Source: Vicugna vicugna
Lineage: Eukaryota
Direction of reading: 5' to 3'
NCBI GenBank assembly: GCA_013265495.1
Contig: MU057930.1
Location: forward strand, 443,599-507,598
Length of the DNA stretch: 64,000 nt
The position numbers and the translations under genes were made by a program. Shown one piece after another: positions 1 through 12,207 of this stretch; positions within the stretch are counted from its first letter, which is position 1; the number at the start of each line of letters is the position of its first letter. A model generated the notes under the pieces. The model did not search any database. It had not been told where the DNA came from and saw nothing but the letters and a program-made list of their open reading frames with translations.

Positions 1-945
1 CACATCCCACATACAAAACACACACCACACACACCCCACACACCCCACACACCACATATACACCAGACACACCACACACATCCCACATACAAAACACACA
101 CCACACACACCCCACACACCCCACACACCACATATACACCAGACACACCACACACATCCCACATACAAAACACACACCACACACACCCCACACACCCCAC
201 ACACCACATATACACCAGACACACCACACACATCCCACATACAAAACACACACCACACACACCCCACACACCCCACACACCACATATACACCAGACACAC
301 CACACACATCCCACATACAAAACACACACCACACACACCCCACACACCCCACACACCACATATACACCAGACACACCACACACATCCCACATACAAAACA
401 CACACCACACACACCCCACACACCCCACACACCACATATACACCAGACACACCACACACATCCCACATACAAAACACACACCACACACACCCCACACACC
501 CCACACACCACATATACACCAGACACACCACACACATCCCACATACAAAACACACACCACACACACCCCACACACCCCACACACCACATATACACCAGAC
601 ACACCACACACATCCCACATACAAAACACACACCACACACACCCCACACACCCCACACACCACATATACACCAGACACACCACACACATCCCACATACAA
701 AACACACACCACACACACCCCACACACCCCACACACCACATATACACCAGACACACCACACACATCACACATACAACATACACACCACACACACCCCACA
801 CACCACATATACAGCAGACACACCACACACACACCACGTATACACCCTACACACAGACACATACCACACACCACACACCATGCACCACACACACACACAC
901 ACTACACACACACGCAGTCACACCACATACACCCACACACAGACA
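1..945. repeat. 76-bp CA-rich minisatellite (10 near-identical units to 760, then degenerate CA-rich tail)
   Basis: Motif cacatcccac recurs at 1, 77, 153, 229 ... 685 (period 76). A variant unit starts at 761 and decays to about 945. The array may extend left of the window. Confidence 0.97.
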
Positions 946-2219
946 TTCAGTTTCTGGAAGGCATTTTTTTCTCTCCTATGTCCACTCTATTTCACTTCTA
1001 TTCCCCCAGTAGAAATAGTGGCCTCAGAGCTGTAAAGTGAAGGCTGTTTTTCTGAGAACCCGAGGGCATGGTTCAGATTTCTGATTTAGTTTTCTTAAAG
1101 CTCCCAAACTGTATGGGGCAGGACCTAAGACAGAGCTTCAAGAACACTGAGTCTTAGTCCAGCTCTGTGATTTCCACCGTAGCTTTTTATTTTATTCCCC
1201 ACCCCCCACTTTTTTTTTGTTTTTCAGTGACAGGGTAATAGAATGGATATTTTTTAGGGGAAGGGTTGAAGTTTGTTTTGCAGGCGTAGAGATTTGAGAT
1301 ACAGGGAAGGGAGGGGATAATGGGTGTGATCAACCCCCGCAGGATTCAACTGAACCAGGTTTCGAGCCTCCTTGAAGCCGCTGGGCATGCAAATGCTCGA
1401 CTGGTGTGCCTGCGACAGGAAACACAAGGCAGGGTCTCTGGACGGGAGGGGATGGCGGTATTGTTTGCATCCCGCGGGCTCCACTTTGATTTAAATTTAT
1501 TTAAATGTTACCCTTCACCCAGTGGTGTCTTGCTAACAGTCTACACCCTGCAGAACGAGAAAAACAAGTTTTTGTAACGTTTTCAAATTCCATCGGTATG
1601 ACTTAGAAGTCAGACCTACTAATTCTTAGAGGAGAATTAAACATAAGCTATATAATCGCCAACAATTATTAAACATTGTCGTCACCGATCATTTGGAGCA
1701 AGAGGAGGGTGGAGCGGGAGGATGATGTGAAATCACTTTGTCCTGTTTCAGAGCGGGGACTCCAGCCGTCCTTCTGGAAGCCGATTGGGAAACGGACATC
1801 TACACCTTCTGTGGAGAATTGCAGAAATAATCGTCTTGAACCAAAATGTGACTTCCATGCGTTTACATTCGACCTCTGGCTACGTCTCACGTACCCACCA
1901 AGCGCCCCTGAAACTGTAAACCGACCAGCATATAAGCTCTTGATTCTACTGTTAGTTGGCTTATTTTGTTTCATTTTATTAGGAACACTGGTCTAGATTT
2001 TTTTTTGTTTTCCGGGACTGGGTAGGGGAGAGGGCGAGAAAATTGGTTTGGTTTGGTTTCTGGCAGCCCGTCACCCTCCTGATGGGGAGGTCCCGGTGGG
2101 AATAACCCCAGGTGGGCACATGGAAGAGTCTCCCGGGGTGTACGGGAGAGGCGGGGCTTACAAGAATAGAAACTGATTCTGGCACAGTTCTTGGGGCAGA
2201 ATTCTGAAATCAAGAGGGA

Positions 2220-3062
2220 CGGGCTGCTCCATGTCTCTCTCCCATCCTCTGGTGGTTTCCGGTCATCTTTGCTACTCTCCATGAAGGGGACCAGAGCATG
2301 CCAGCCTATAAAATGTGCCTCTTTGGTATATCAATTATTTGGAAATAAAGGTGGTTGAGAACCTGCAGAGGGAGGAAAAAACTCTTTACCACTCCCTAAC
2401 TGCCTAAATGCGGAGTACATAGTTTCCCTACTGGAAAGGAAATTCACATTTATAAAGATAATTTCCATCTATAAAAATGTCTCTGTATCAGAAAGACAAC
2501 TACTCCCAGAGACAACTCTTATCATCTGAGAGACTCTTATCTCTAGAATAAGAAACCTTGATTTACCAAACATTTCCTCCCCACCCTTCCCACAAATGTG
2601 CTTCCCCACCCAGGAGCCCAAACACCTCTTCCTTTGTTTAGTCTAAGATTCTATATATATAAACCCTAATTATCTGCCAATCCTTTTACACCATATTTTT
2701 CTTTGTGAATTCCTGTGCATATGTAAGTACATAGTTAAAGCTACTTATTCTCGTATGAATGTTTATCAGTTTAATTTGCAGGCCCCTGGGACAGAACCTT
2801 AGAGACTAGAGGGAAAAGATTTTCCCTCCTTAGCATTTGGCTTGTAGAAACATCCTTCCAGTGTCTGCCTCTGTCTTCTGGCCTCCTCCTCTAGATCACC
2901 CTGTGTCCTCTCCTCTTCTGAAAAAGACACCATCCATTGGATTTAGGGCCAATGTATGACCCCCATCCTAGTCTGCAAAGAACCTATTTCTAAATAAGGT
3001 CACCTTCTGACATTTCAGGTGGACATGAATGTTGAGGGGGGACACGATTCTACTCACTACAG
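2220..3062 (-). mobile_element. MLT1C-like MaLR LTR split by a nested ERV1 LTR
   Basis: The reverse complement starts tgtagtgagtagaatcgtgtccccc and contains gtgaccttatttagaaatagg...caagccaa. It resumes left of 2282 with ccaccagagg...gagagagacatggagcag, matching recalled MLT1 consensus blocks. Confidence 0.75.
2282..2834 (+). mobile_element. MER34-family ERV1 solo LTR
   Basis: Begins tgaaggggaccagagcatgcc...tttggtatatcaattattt and ends agactagagggaaaagattttccctcc, which are typical MER34-type termini. Confidence 0.75.
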
Positions 3063-3829
3063 TATGAAAGGGCATGTCTTCTACCACCATCTCCTACAAT
3101 AACATAAGAGGAGAAAATTAAGTAGGTCAGTGTGTCTGGGGGCAAGATGTGGATTGAATCCCCTGATCTAGACTTTGCCCATTCTGGAAGTATGTGGTAA
3201 GTGTAGTGACTACGAGTGTTGGGGAGGGGGTTGGCAGTGGAAGAGTCAAACGATAGAGAACACAGGGTTAGTGATCTCTCTGGTCAGTGGCAAACAGTAG
3301 GATCGCAAGGTGGTTTGGAGTCCCGGTTGGGGTTGGGGACCCTACTCAATCTGCCATTTCTACCAGTGATGAGCGTCTTGAAAAGATACTAGTACAGAGC
3401 CTCTTGGGAAGAGGAGGAATCTCTGGCAGTCGGGGTCACCCAAACACGGTCATTTTCCATCTTTGTTTTGGAATAAACATCATTTGGATGAATCATGGGT
3501 CAAAGACTGAGAAATTGTGGGGGGAATTCCTCAAGTGTTGGAGCATGAAACTTAAATGGATGGATAGGACCATAGAAGATGGGGCCCCTCATAAAGATGG
3601 TCCCACATGGGTGAATATTTCAAACATGGGTCTACACTTCTGTCTTCTCCCAAGAGATGATCACCTTCCTCTTTGATTTGTATCTGGAACGTCGTTTCTT
3701 AACACGAGGTGGTCAGTACCGAGCACGAGGATGATTTCAGTAAATCAAATAATCTTGGAAGAACGGACTTTGTCTTTAAAGCTGTCTTGTCTCCACATCC
3801 TCCCCCAACACATGTGAGCGCTTGTCCTC

Positions 3830-3956
3830 TTGACGACAGCCATTCTCACAGGTGGGAGGTGACATCTCATGGTGGTTTTGGTTTGTATTTCTCTGATGAT
3901 GTGTGACATTGAGCATCATTTCCCGGACCTGCTCGCCATCTGTGTGTCTCCTTTTC
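3830..3956 (-). mobile_element. L1 ORF2 3' fragment
   Basis: gccattctcacaggtgggaggtgacatctcatggtggttttggtttgtatttctctgatg is homologous to the L1 segment at 27110-27220. Confidence 0.8.
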
Positions 3957-4879
3957 ATCTGCGGAGGTCTTATCCGGAGGGGGGAAGATTCAGAAAAGTC
4001 ATGCAGCTGCTGCCCCCAGGGTGATACAAAGATGTTCTCTTTTTTTTTTTTTTTTTCATGATCTCACTGTAGACCTGGCTTTCAATCCAGGAGCTGAATC
4101 CCAGTGAGCTGTGTGGGAAATTTTGAGAAATCTCTCAAGTTTGCATGTTTCATAGGAATGTCTCACTGTGGGACCTGCTATTCTAGCCACCCGGAGGGTG
4201 GGCTGTCTACGGAGCGGACATTTGGAAAAATAATCTTCCACTCTTAGGATAGTCCAGCATAAGTTTTGTTTGCATGATGATTTTGTTTTACTCAGGGTTT
4301 TTAAAAAATATGGTTTTACCTAAGGATCCATTTGTAGAGTATTAGAAATTATCATAAAACAAACTTTCCAAACTCAAGTGTTTTGATCCTCATAAGGTCA
4401 ATTAAGAGGAGCTCAGTAATCAAGGGAAAGTCACAAATATGTATCTCCTGTAGAAATAAATGGTCACCGCCAATGAGCTCTGTCTTTTTCTTTTTTTTTT
4501 TCATGCTTCAGGAAGCCACTCATAAAATACTGGAATTCTGGTTCCTGGAAGAGATTTTTTTTTACAGGTTTTGAGTGAATGCTAAGGGCAACCGAGCTCC
4601 AAATGAAACCCAAAGTGTTAGGAATGTCAACCCTTGATGTGCCTCAGAGACCTCGGGTGGTAAAATTTATGGTTCATCTAATTTGTGGACATATATCTGT
4701 ATGTTTACAACACACCTAGGGTAGCTGGAAAACCAGGATTTCACAGCAATTTTGGGAACTCATCCAAAGTGAAGAGCTGTCTCTTCCAACAATTCTGCCA
4801 ACCCTTTTCTCAACCTTGTTTCACCCATGCTCATGAAAAAATAAGGCTATGTGAGGCATTCATTGTGGTATAAATGGGT

Positions 4880-5370
4880 ATCTCCTGGTTGATACATTAA
4901 AAGCCACTTTCTGAATGTATACACTCTTGGACCAAGCAAATTACCCTCTAGGAAAGCAATGTGAAGAAATATTTTAAATTGGAGGTGCGATAACATTGAT
5001 GATGTTGTGTTTAGCACCAGAATGAAGAGAAACCATGTAAATACTTATCAGTGGGAGATTTGACAAATCCATGCCAATAACTATATTTGGTGGAATATTA
5101 TATAGCCACGAAAAAGGTCCGGGTGTGTATTTATATGTTAAATTGAAAAGACTATGAAATATTGCTGAGTAGAAAAGCAACTTACAAAGACTTGTCAGGT
5201 GAGGATGTTAATAAATTTGTTAAATCTTTACAAGTGTAAAATTATATGTCAAATGCTAGCTGAGGTTATAAGGATGTGAAAGAGAAGAGGAGGCATTCAC
5301 TTGTTTTTTAATCTTTCTATGCATTTGTGTGGCTATTTTTTTTTATTTGTTTGCTGTAAGCATTTTTAAA
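4880..5370 (+). mobile_element. Old, degraded L1M(E)-like fragment
   Basis: Degenerate L1 ORF2-end/3'UTR motifs (gaccaagcaaattaccctctagg; ggaatattatatagcc). Confidence 0.55.
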
Positions 5371-5579
5371 CGATCTATCTAAAATGGAGGGAGAAGAAAG
5401 AAAAGGGAGATGTGATATTTGGTAAAAAGCCTCTTTCTCCTATGTTATGGAAACCTTGAGAACACATGGGTATTCAAATAACCCTCAGAAAAACAGACAA
5501 GAATCTGTTGTGAGACCTTTATAAAAATGATAAAATGGCAATGTGTGTGTTTGTATGTTTGATACAACAGTTTTCAATT

Positions 5580-6227
5580 TGCAGGGGAGGAGGACATTTT
5601 CCTTGACCCGCTTTGGGTCTTCTGGCTGGGCTAAGAATTAAATGGACATGAGACAGATGGACGGGAGAAAAATCACACAGAAGTTGAACCACACATATAT
5701 GCAGGAGAGACCCAGGAAAACTGAGTCATTCACCAAAGTGGCCCAAACCCTCACCTTAAACAACATCTTCAGCTAAAGACAAAAGAAGATGTTGGGGGTA
5801 GGGGTTTGGGACTTCAAAGGGGAGGAAGGCAATTCACATGGAGATGGAAAAGCAAATGATTGGTGGAAAGGCAGAGACAATGAGGCATAGAGTGGGCTCT
5901 GATCCCCAGACTCTGCTGAGTTTCCCTCACCACCCCTGGTCCATATTCTTTGTAGACATCGCTGCTGATGCCCTGTTCCAGAAAGATGTCCTTCATCTAA
6001 ATTTTTTAGATAGCTTAAGGGAAGTAAAAAGAGAAGGAAAAAAAAAAGAAACAAAGAAAGAAAGGAAGAAAGAAAAAAGAAAGAGGAAAAAGGAAGAAAG
6101 AAAAAAGAAAGAGGAAAAAGAAAGAAAAAGGCTACCTGAATTGTCTGTTTCTAGGGAGTAATCAGCCTACATTAATCTGCATGCCAAAAAAATACATTTT
6201 GAGGTGGCGAATTTTACTCCTCCTGCA
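5580..6227 (-). mobile_element. ERV1 (MER34/MER39-like) solo LTR with internal purine-rich expansion
   Basis: Terminal inverted repeat tgcagg...cctgca with flanks caatt/caata (imperfect TSD). The reverse complement begins tgcaggaggagtaaaattcgccacctcaaaatgt...tttggcat. A GAAA-rich tract lies at about 6025-6130. Confidence 0.75.
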
Positions 6228-6933
6228 CAATATAGAGCTATTAGATTTTTCATTCGGATAAAAGAAAAAAAGTCCTCTCCAAGAAAGACTTTGGCTCCCA
6301 GCTAAGCGGACCTGCTCCCCTGACTTAAGAGACAGATGGACAACCTGACCCCACCCTCGCAACACATACGTCAGGCTGAGACTTTTTCAGCCGGGAGACA
6401 AGATTCAACGCTCATCCACACAGCACCCCATCTACCTGGCCAGGTAAATAGAACACCTGCAGGGAATAAGTCACTTCTCCAAGTCTGTGCAGACTCCATG
6501 GTGGACGGGCTTGCTACACAGCGATGACTTGGGTAGCCAGAGAGGGGACTGCAGGATGTGGACGTTAATTCATCAACAGACGCTTTTGGGGGCGGCCGAG
6601 ATATGCCAGGTTGTGTGCGCGGCGTCATCAGTTCAAAGGAGACGGGGATGGAGATTCCTTGACCTTCACGAGCTTCTGGCTGGGTGGGAGGGCTGGGCAG
6701 ACACATGATCAGGGAGGCTGACGCAGGTGACCTTGGGACAGATGAACCTGGACGTGGTCTAGGGGTAGCAATGGAGGGATCAGAGCACCCGAGGGGTTCC
6801 CTGGAGGGAAGAAACAGGGTGTAGGCTCGGGTATGCTCGCTGAGAGGTGGCAGGTGCCAAGGCTCAGAGCTGGGAGAGAACGGACATCAGATGAATTACA
6901 ACAGGGGGCAGGGGGCAGAGAAGGAGATGATGG

Positions 6934-7371
6934 TGATGGAATAAATGAAGACCGCCCACATGACAACAAGCAAAAGATGTTTACTCAGAGTTTGCTGGAG
7001 CCAAGGAGTCGGCCACCGTCCCCTGCGTTCAGCAGAGACTCAAAGGCAGGCAGAGGGGTGGGAACAATTCGTGGATCCAGGGAAGGGTCAGGTGTGCCCC
7101 GAGCAGGCGCTGTAGGCACCACGAGGAAGCAGAAAGCAACTAACTAGATGTGATGGGTGAGGTGTGCATTTTGCTTTTTCTCTCTGGTTGGCCCCAAGTC
7201 GTAAATCAGGGCAACGATTAGGGGCACTGGTGATGACTGGCTGAGCGCCGGCCGCCCGGGGCTGATGGCTACAGAGCTGGTTGGGTTTCCCGGGCAGGTG
7301 GCTGCAGGTTGTGGGTCACAGTTGTGTTTGGATAGGTAGTCTGTCCGTGTCCGTTGGTCTAGTCCGTCTCC
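6934..7371 (-). mobile_element. MER89/MER90-like ERV1 solo LTR
   Basis: Blocks aagcaaaagatgtttactcagag...ggagtcggccacc...gcagagactcaaaggcaggcagagg and gctgcaggttgtgggtcac match a recalled consensus. Confidence 0.65.
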
Positions 7372-8544
7372 GGTGGTAAGGCTCTGGGATCATTTGTCGG
7401 AAAGGACTGTCATCCAAATGTTTGCGCTTAGGGGATTTTCTTCTCCCATTATGTGCTGAGTCATTCTCTCTCCTGCATCCATTCCACTTTCTGTGGTGGA
7501 AAAAAAATCAGCTGGTTCCAGCGCTGACTGCTCTAGCTCCATCTTCAAGCTCTATGGGGAGTTGTCCGAATCTCTCTGGAGGACGGTAGCTGTCTCGTGG
7601 GGGACCTTCAGACATGGTGTCACCCAGAGTGCCACCGGAGAGGAAGAGATGACCCTGGTGCCTTGCTGTGGGGAGTTCCTCCCGACACACTCGCTAAGAC
7701 TGGAGTGGCATCTTGTGAACTTTCCTTTGGAAGAGTCTCCCCAAAGGCTGGAATTTCCTTAGCAAGTATCATTTTTAATGCAAACCATCTGCTCAAATAG
7801 AAGGGAAAAAAAAAAAAAGAAAGAAAAGGAAAGCATGACCTGAGTTTGCTGCAAAACAGATGGTTCTTTGGTTTTTCACCAAGAAGGCAGAGCACTAATT
7901 AATTTTTTAAAAAATGCTGACCTCTTTTGAATCATTTCTGTCCTTTCGATGAAAACCACATGCCAGGATGGGGCATTCTCTAGGCTGGAAAAATCTGGGT
8001 GTTTTGCGGGGAAGCTCTCCTTGGCCTTCATACCTCGTTGCGAACGGGAGTGTCAGGTTACGTTTGAAACAAAGACCTGCACTGTGAGCCGGGGAGACCG
8101 GAGAAGGGGTGGATTTTATGGGGTAAAGTGAGGAGGAAGAAGTTGCAAAGGTGAGAGAATTAAAGAGAAATTGAACCCAGGTGGTAAATGCGTTTAGCGC
8201 TGGCCAGCTTATACGAATGACGGGGCCAACTCAGACGGAGAGCGGACCCGGAAAATGGGGGGAACACACCTGGAATGAGTTCATGAGAGGATGGGATGGG
8301 AAATCCACCGCGATGAGTCGGAGCTGCAGTGGAATTCAGGGGTGTGTGTGTGGGGTGGGGTGGGGTGTGTATGTACACCACTGATGGTCTAAGCTTTATT
8401 GCTCCTTCAAGAGAATGTGCTTTCAAAATATAATTCGGTTTGAAGGAAGAGTGGTTTGTTCTGGAGAAGATTTGTAACTTTTTAACTCGTCCTTGTGTGT
8501 GTCAGTCAAGTGCTTTTCTGAGACAAAAAACAAAGCACACATCT

Positions 8545-8903
8545 TTTATTTTATTTTTTTAATGGTTTTATTTTAATTTTTTAATTTTTAAAATTTTATT
8601 GAGTTATAGTCATTTTCCAATGTTGTGTCAAATTCCGGTGCAGAGCACAATTTTTCAGCCATACATGAACATACATATATTCATTTTCACATTCTTTTTC
8701 CCTGTGAGCTGCCACAAGATCTAGTATATATTTCCCTGTGCTGTGCAGTGTAATCTTCTTTATCTATTCTGCATATGCCTGTCAGTATCTATAAATTTCG
8801 AACTCCCAGTCTGTCCCTTCCCACCCCCTTTTCCCCTAGAAACCTCAAGTTTGTCTTCTATGTCTGTGACTCTGTTTCTGTTTTATATTTAGGTTCATTT
8901 GTC
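8545..8903 (-). mobile_element. Young (camelid-type) L1 3' end, 5'-truncated, with T-rich tail
   Basis: ttattgagttatagtcatttt...ccagtctgtcccttcccacccc is the reverse complement of the L1 3'UTR at 41040-41340. Confidence 0.9.
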
Positions 8904-9708
8904 TGAGAAATTTTAGAATGAGGTGGGAAGAACAGAAACAGAGCCCCTGGGAGTGGGTCCATGCCCTCCTTGGGACCCTGAGCATCCATCACCTTTCCGT
9001 AGTAACAACACCTTCCTCGCAGGGAGTTAAATGAGAAGACATCCATGGTCTCCTGTGCACTTAAAACTCACTCGACTATTTTCATATTTTCCCTCTGCCT
9101 TTTTGATGGATTTTCCTAACACCATACGTAGCATCAGTGGGCAAGAAACATTAAGGACCATGAAGCAGAATAAGTAGGGAGAAGAGGTGTGGACTAGATG
9201 GAATAACTTGTGATTTTGTGTCTTCTGTTCCAGTTCTCATGAATTTGGAACTCATCTGCTCCTTGTCAGCACCAGACAGAACCCAGAGCCAGGGAAGCCA
9301 AGCAAACTGTGAACATCCAAGACTTTTGAATGAGGAACTCCAGCACATCATGAGGCAATGTTTGGTTTTCTCAGAAGTGTGTTTTCTTTCTTTCTTTCTT
9401 TTTTTGGATAAATGAGGAAAGATACAGAGAAAGGAATTTATGAAAGATACATCAAAGTTAAAATCACTTGGCGCCCTAAGCATTCACTTAACATTACATC
9501 CCAGGAGGGAAATGTTGGTCCTTCAAAAGTGAATTAGGAAGATAAGTGGCTTCAGAATGTAAGATTGGGCTGCGATCTGGGGAGTCACATTCAGCAGAGA
9601 TTGCAAAATTTTCTTATTCTCTTATAAAGAAATGCTGTCATAATTTAATTGTTAAGAAACCCCCAGGGTGATATCAAACAGAGAAACGATAGGAAAGAAT
9701 ACTTGGAG

Positions 9709-9796
9709 GCCGAATAGTATTCCATTGTACAAATATTGCAAAATGACTATAACTCAATAAAAAATGTTAAAAAAAAACACATAAAAATTAAAAAAA
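9709..9796 (+). mobile_element. Mini L1 insertion with 5' inversion and TSD
   Basis: TSD aatacttggag at 9698-9708 and 9797-9807. An antisense L1 piece (9709-9735) is joined to the sense L1 terminus and an A-rich tail. Confidence 0.85.
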
Positions 9797-9908
9797 AATA
9801 CTTGGAGTGCTGAATAATGAGTTTAGTGATTCTAACCCATCATCCTGACTAGGTAAGTACCAAATGCCATGTTGCTTTTTGTGTAGAGCGGAAGCCCATG
9901 GCCCCCCC

Positions 9909-10490
9909 TTTTTTTAGTCATACATGAATATACATATATTCATTTTCACATTCTTTTTCACCATGAGTTATTATAAGATCTTGAATATATTTCCCTGTGC
10001 TAGACAGTATAAACTTGTTTATCTATTCTATATATACCGGTCAGTATCTGCAAATCTCAGACTCCCAGTCTGTCCCTTCCCAACCCCTCCCCCCTGGTAA
10101 CCACAAGTCTGTATTCTACGTCTGTGATTCTGTTTTTGTTTTATATATAGGTTCATTTGTCTTTTTTTTTTTTTAGATTCCACATATAAGCGATCTCATA
10201 TTATATTTTTCTTTCTCTTTTTGGCTTACTTCACTTAGAATGACATTCTCCAGGTCCACCCATGTTGCTGTAAATGGCATTATGTTGTCATTTTTATGGC
10301 TGAGTAGTATTCCATTGTATAACTATACCACCTCTTCTCTATCCAGTCATCTGTTGATGGACAGTTAGGCTGTTTCCGTGTCTTGGCTGTTGTAAACAGT
10401 GCTGCTATGAACATTGGGGTGCAGGTGTCTTTCTGAAGTAGGGTTCCCTCTGGATGTATGCCCGGGAGTAGGATGACTGGCATATATATG
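9909..10490 (-). mobile_element. Young L1 fragment (ORF2 end + 3'UTR), lacking the extreme 3' end
   Basis: ORF 10280..10483 ([30 protein letters not shown]) is the L1 ORF2 C-terminus. The 3'UTR matches 40727-41290. Confidence 0.92.
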
Positions 10491-11764
10491 TGGTAGTCTC
10501 CACTTCACCTGCAGGACTGGAGCTGGGCATATACTATCATATATATGGTAGACAAGATCCTCCAGGTGAGGCGGAGACTACCATATATATAAAAATAAAT
10601 GCCCAAGCATTTAAAACGTGGGGTTTCACCTTCTGGCCCAAGACAGGTTTGCTGGCTAACAGGCTTACGATTCCCTGGCAGAGCGGGCTCTTGGCAAAAC
10701 TGCTGAGTAGAAGGTAGGTCAAGCTTATTTTGGGGTTCCTGTAGTTTCCTCTCCTGCAGTCATGCTGCCCAAGCCGTCCTCCCCGGATAGAATCTTCTGG
10801 CGTCCCCTTTGCCCACCTGAGATGCTCACTCGGGCTGAGCGCTCATGTTCCAGAAACACCTCCCTTCTTTCCTCAGGTCAAACTGTACCTGCCCCGTTTG
10901 ATCCCTTTCTTCAGATGCCTGATCAATGACCAAAGAAATGTCACCAATACATTCTTCCTAATGACTCGGGTGTCTCTGGAATCAGTGTCTACTGTTGAGG
11001 GGAGAAGTTTCCTTCTAAATCGCTGGGTAGGACGGACCTCGGATGAAGACGTTAGATTCATTTTGTCTCCCTCTCTCTTTCTTGGATTGTAGCGTTTTCT
11101 TTAAACAACAACAAAAAAGTAATTATATATTTTTTGGCCCCACTTTTCTCCTGTAGTGTAAACAGACACAGACCAGGACTTAACTTGGTAGGGGGACCAT
11201 TTTCTCGTTTCTGTAGGAAGCACTTCATGGCTGTAGCGCACTGGTGGGCTCTCAGGGGATGGTCACGAAGCACTGGGTGGATGGTGGGGGAAATTTGGGG
11301 CCCCACGTGGGGCTCTTTGGTGGTGGGCATCAGAGATGGCCATGATGTTCTTCCTTCCATAAGTGCTTGTAACCCAGTCTCTGGCAGTGAGATGCCAGGA
11401 ATATATGTTGCCCCCACGTAGCCAAGACCAGAGTTTGAGCAGACTGGGACCACAGAAAGTCCCCTTGGGAACCTCCACAGAAGGTGGGTCGGCTTTTCCA
11501 AGAGTCCTGAATGTGCCACTTGTGAGGCAGTGCAGAACATCCTTCCATACTGCTAATCTGACTTAATATTTGGACACACAACCTGGAGGGAAGCTCACAC
11601 TTAAACATATACTCATAAATATAATTATCCGTTTAACATCCACTTTAGTTTATAGGGGAGGGACGATTCTTTGCAGAGCAGGGATTAATATTTTTATGTT
11701 CGATTTTTTTTTTTTTTACCACCAGGGAATGGACCAGAGATGTACAAATGAAAAACAGAGGATG

Positions 11765-12207
11765 GGAGTCCGAAATTTGTACACACTGACAGATACATAC
11801 ATATATATATATATATATATATGTTTATATATGTGTATATATACACACACACACATATAAATATATATATATATAAAATATATATTATAAATATATTTCA
11901 TTATATATTATATATAAATATTATATATATATAAAATAGATTATATATATAATATATATAAAATAGATTATATATAATATCTATATATAATAGACAAACA
12001 AGTTTATACTGTATAACAGACAAAATATATACAAGATCTTGCGGTATCTCACGGTGATAAAGAATATGACAATGAATGTATGTATATGCTCGTATGACTG
12101 AAAAATGGTGCCGTACACCGGAAATTGGCACAACATTGTAAAATGACTATAACTCAATAAAAAAAATTTTTTAATTAATTAATTAATTAATTAAAAAATA
12201 AATTTTT
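11765..12207 (+). mobile_element. Young L1 3' end with internal (TA)n-rich expansion
   Basis: L1 terminus gactataactcaataaaaaaa. A TA-rich block at about 11795-11990 interrupts the UTR. Imperfect TSD aaaaacagaggatg (11751) / aaaaatggagaatg (12208). Confidence 0.88.

Noticed and set aside
1..760. Regular 76-bp periodicity as a CRISPR array or telomeric repeat
   Set aside because: Units are wholly repeated with no unique spacers, there are no cas genes and no TTAGGG; the context is mammalian.
1676..1996. ORF and acceptor-like tttgtcctgtttcag near 1751 as a coding exon
   Set aside because: None of the three frames gives a recognisable protein and no convincing partner exon was found.
5838..6161. 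Lys/Glu/Arg-rich ORF
   Set aside because: Translation of a GAAA-rich expansion inside an LTR.
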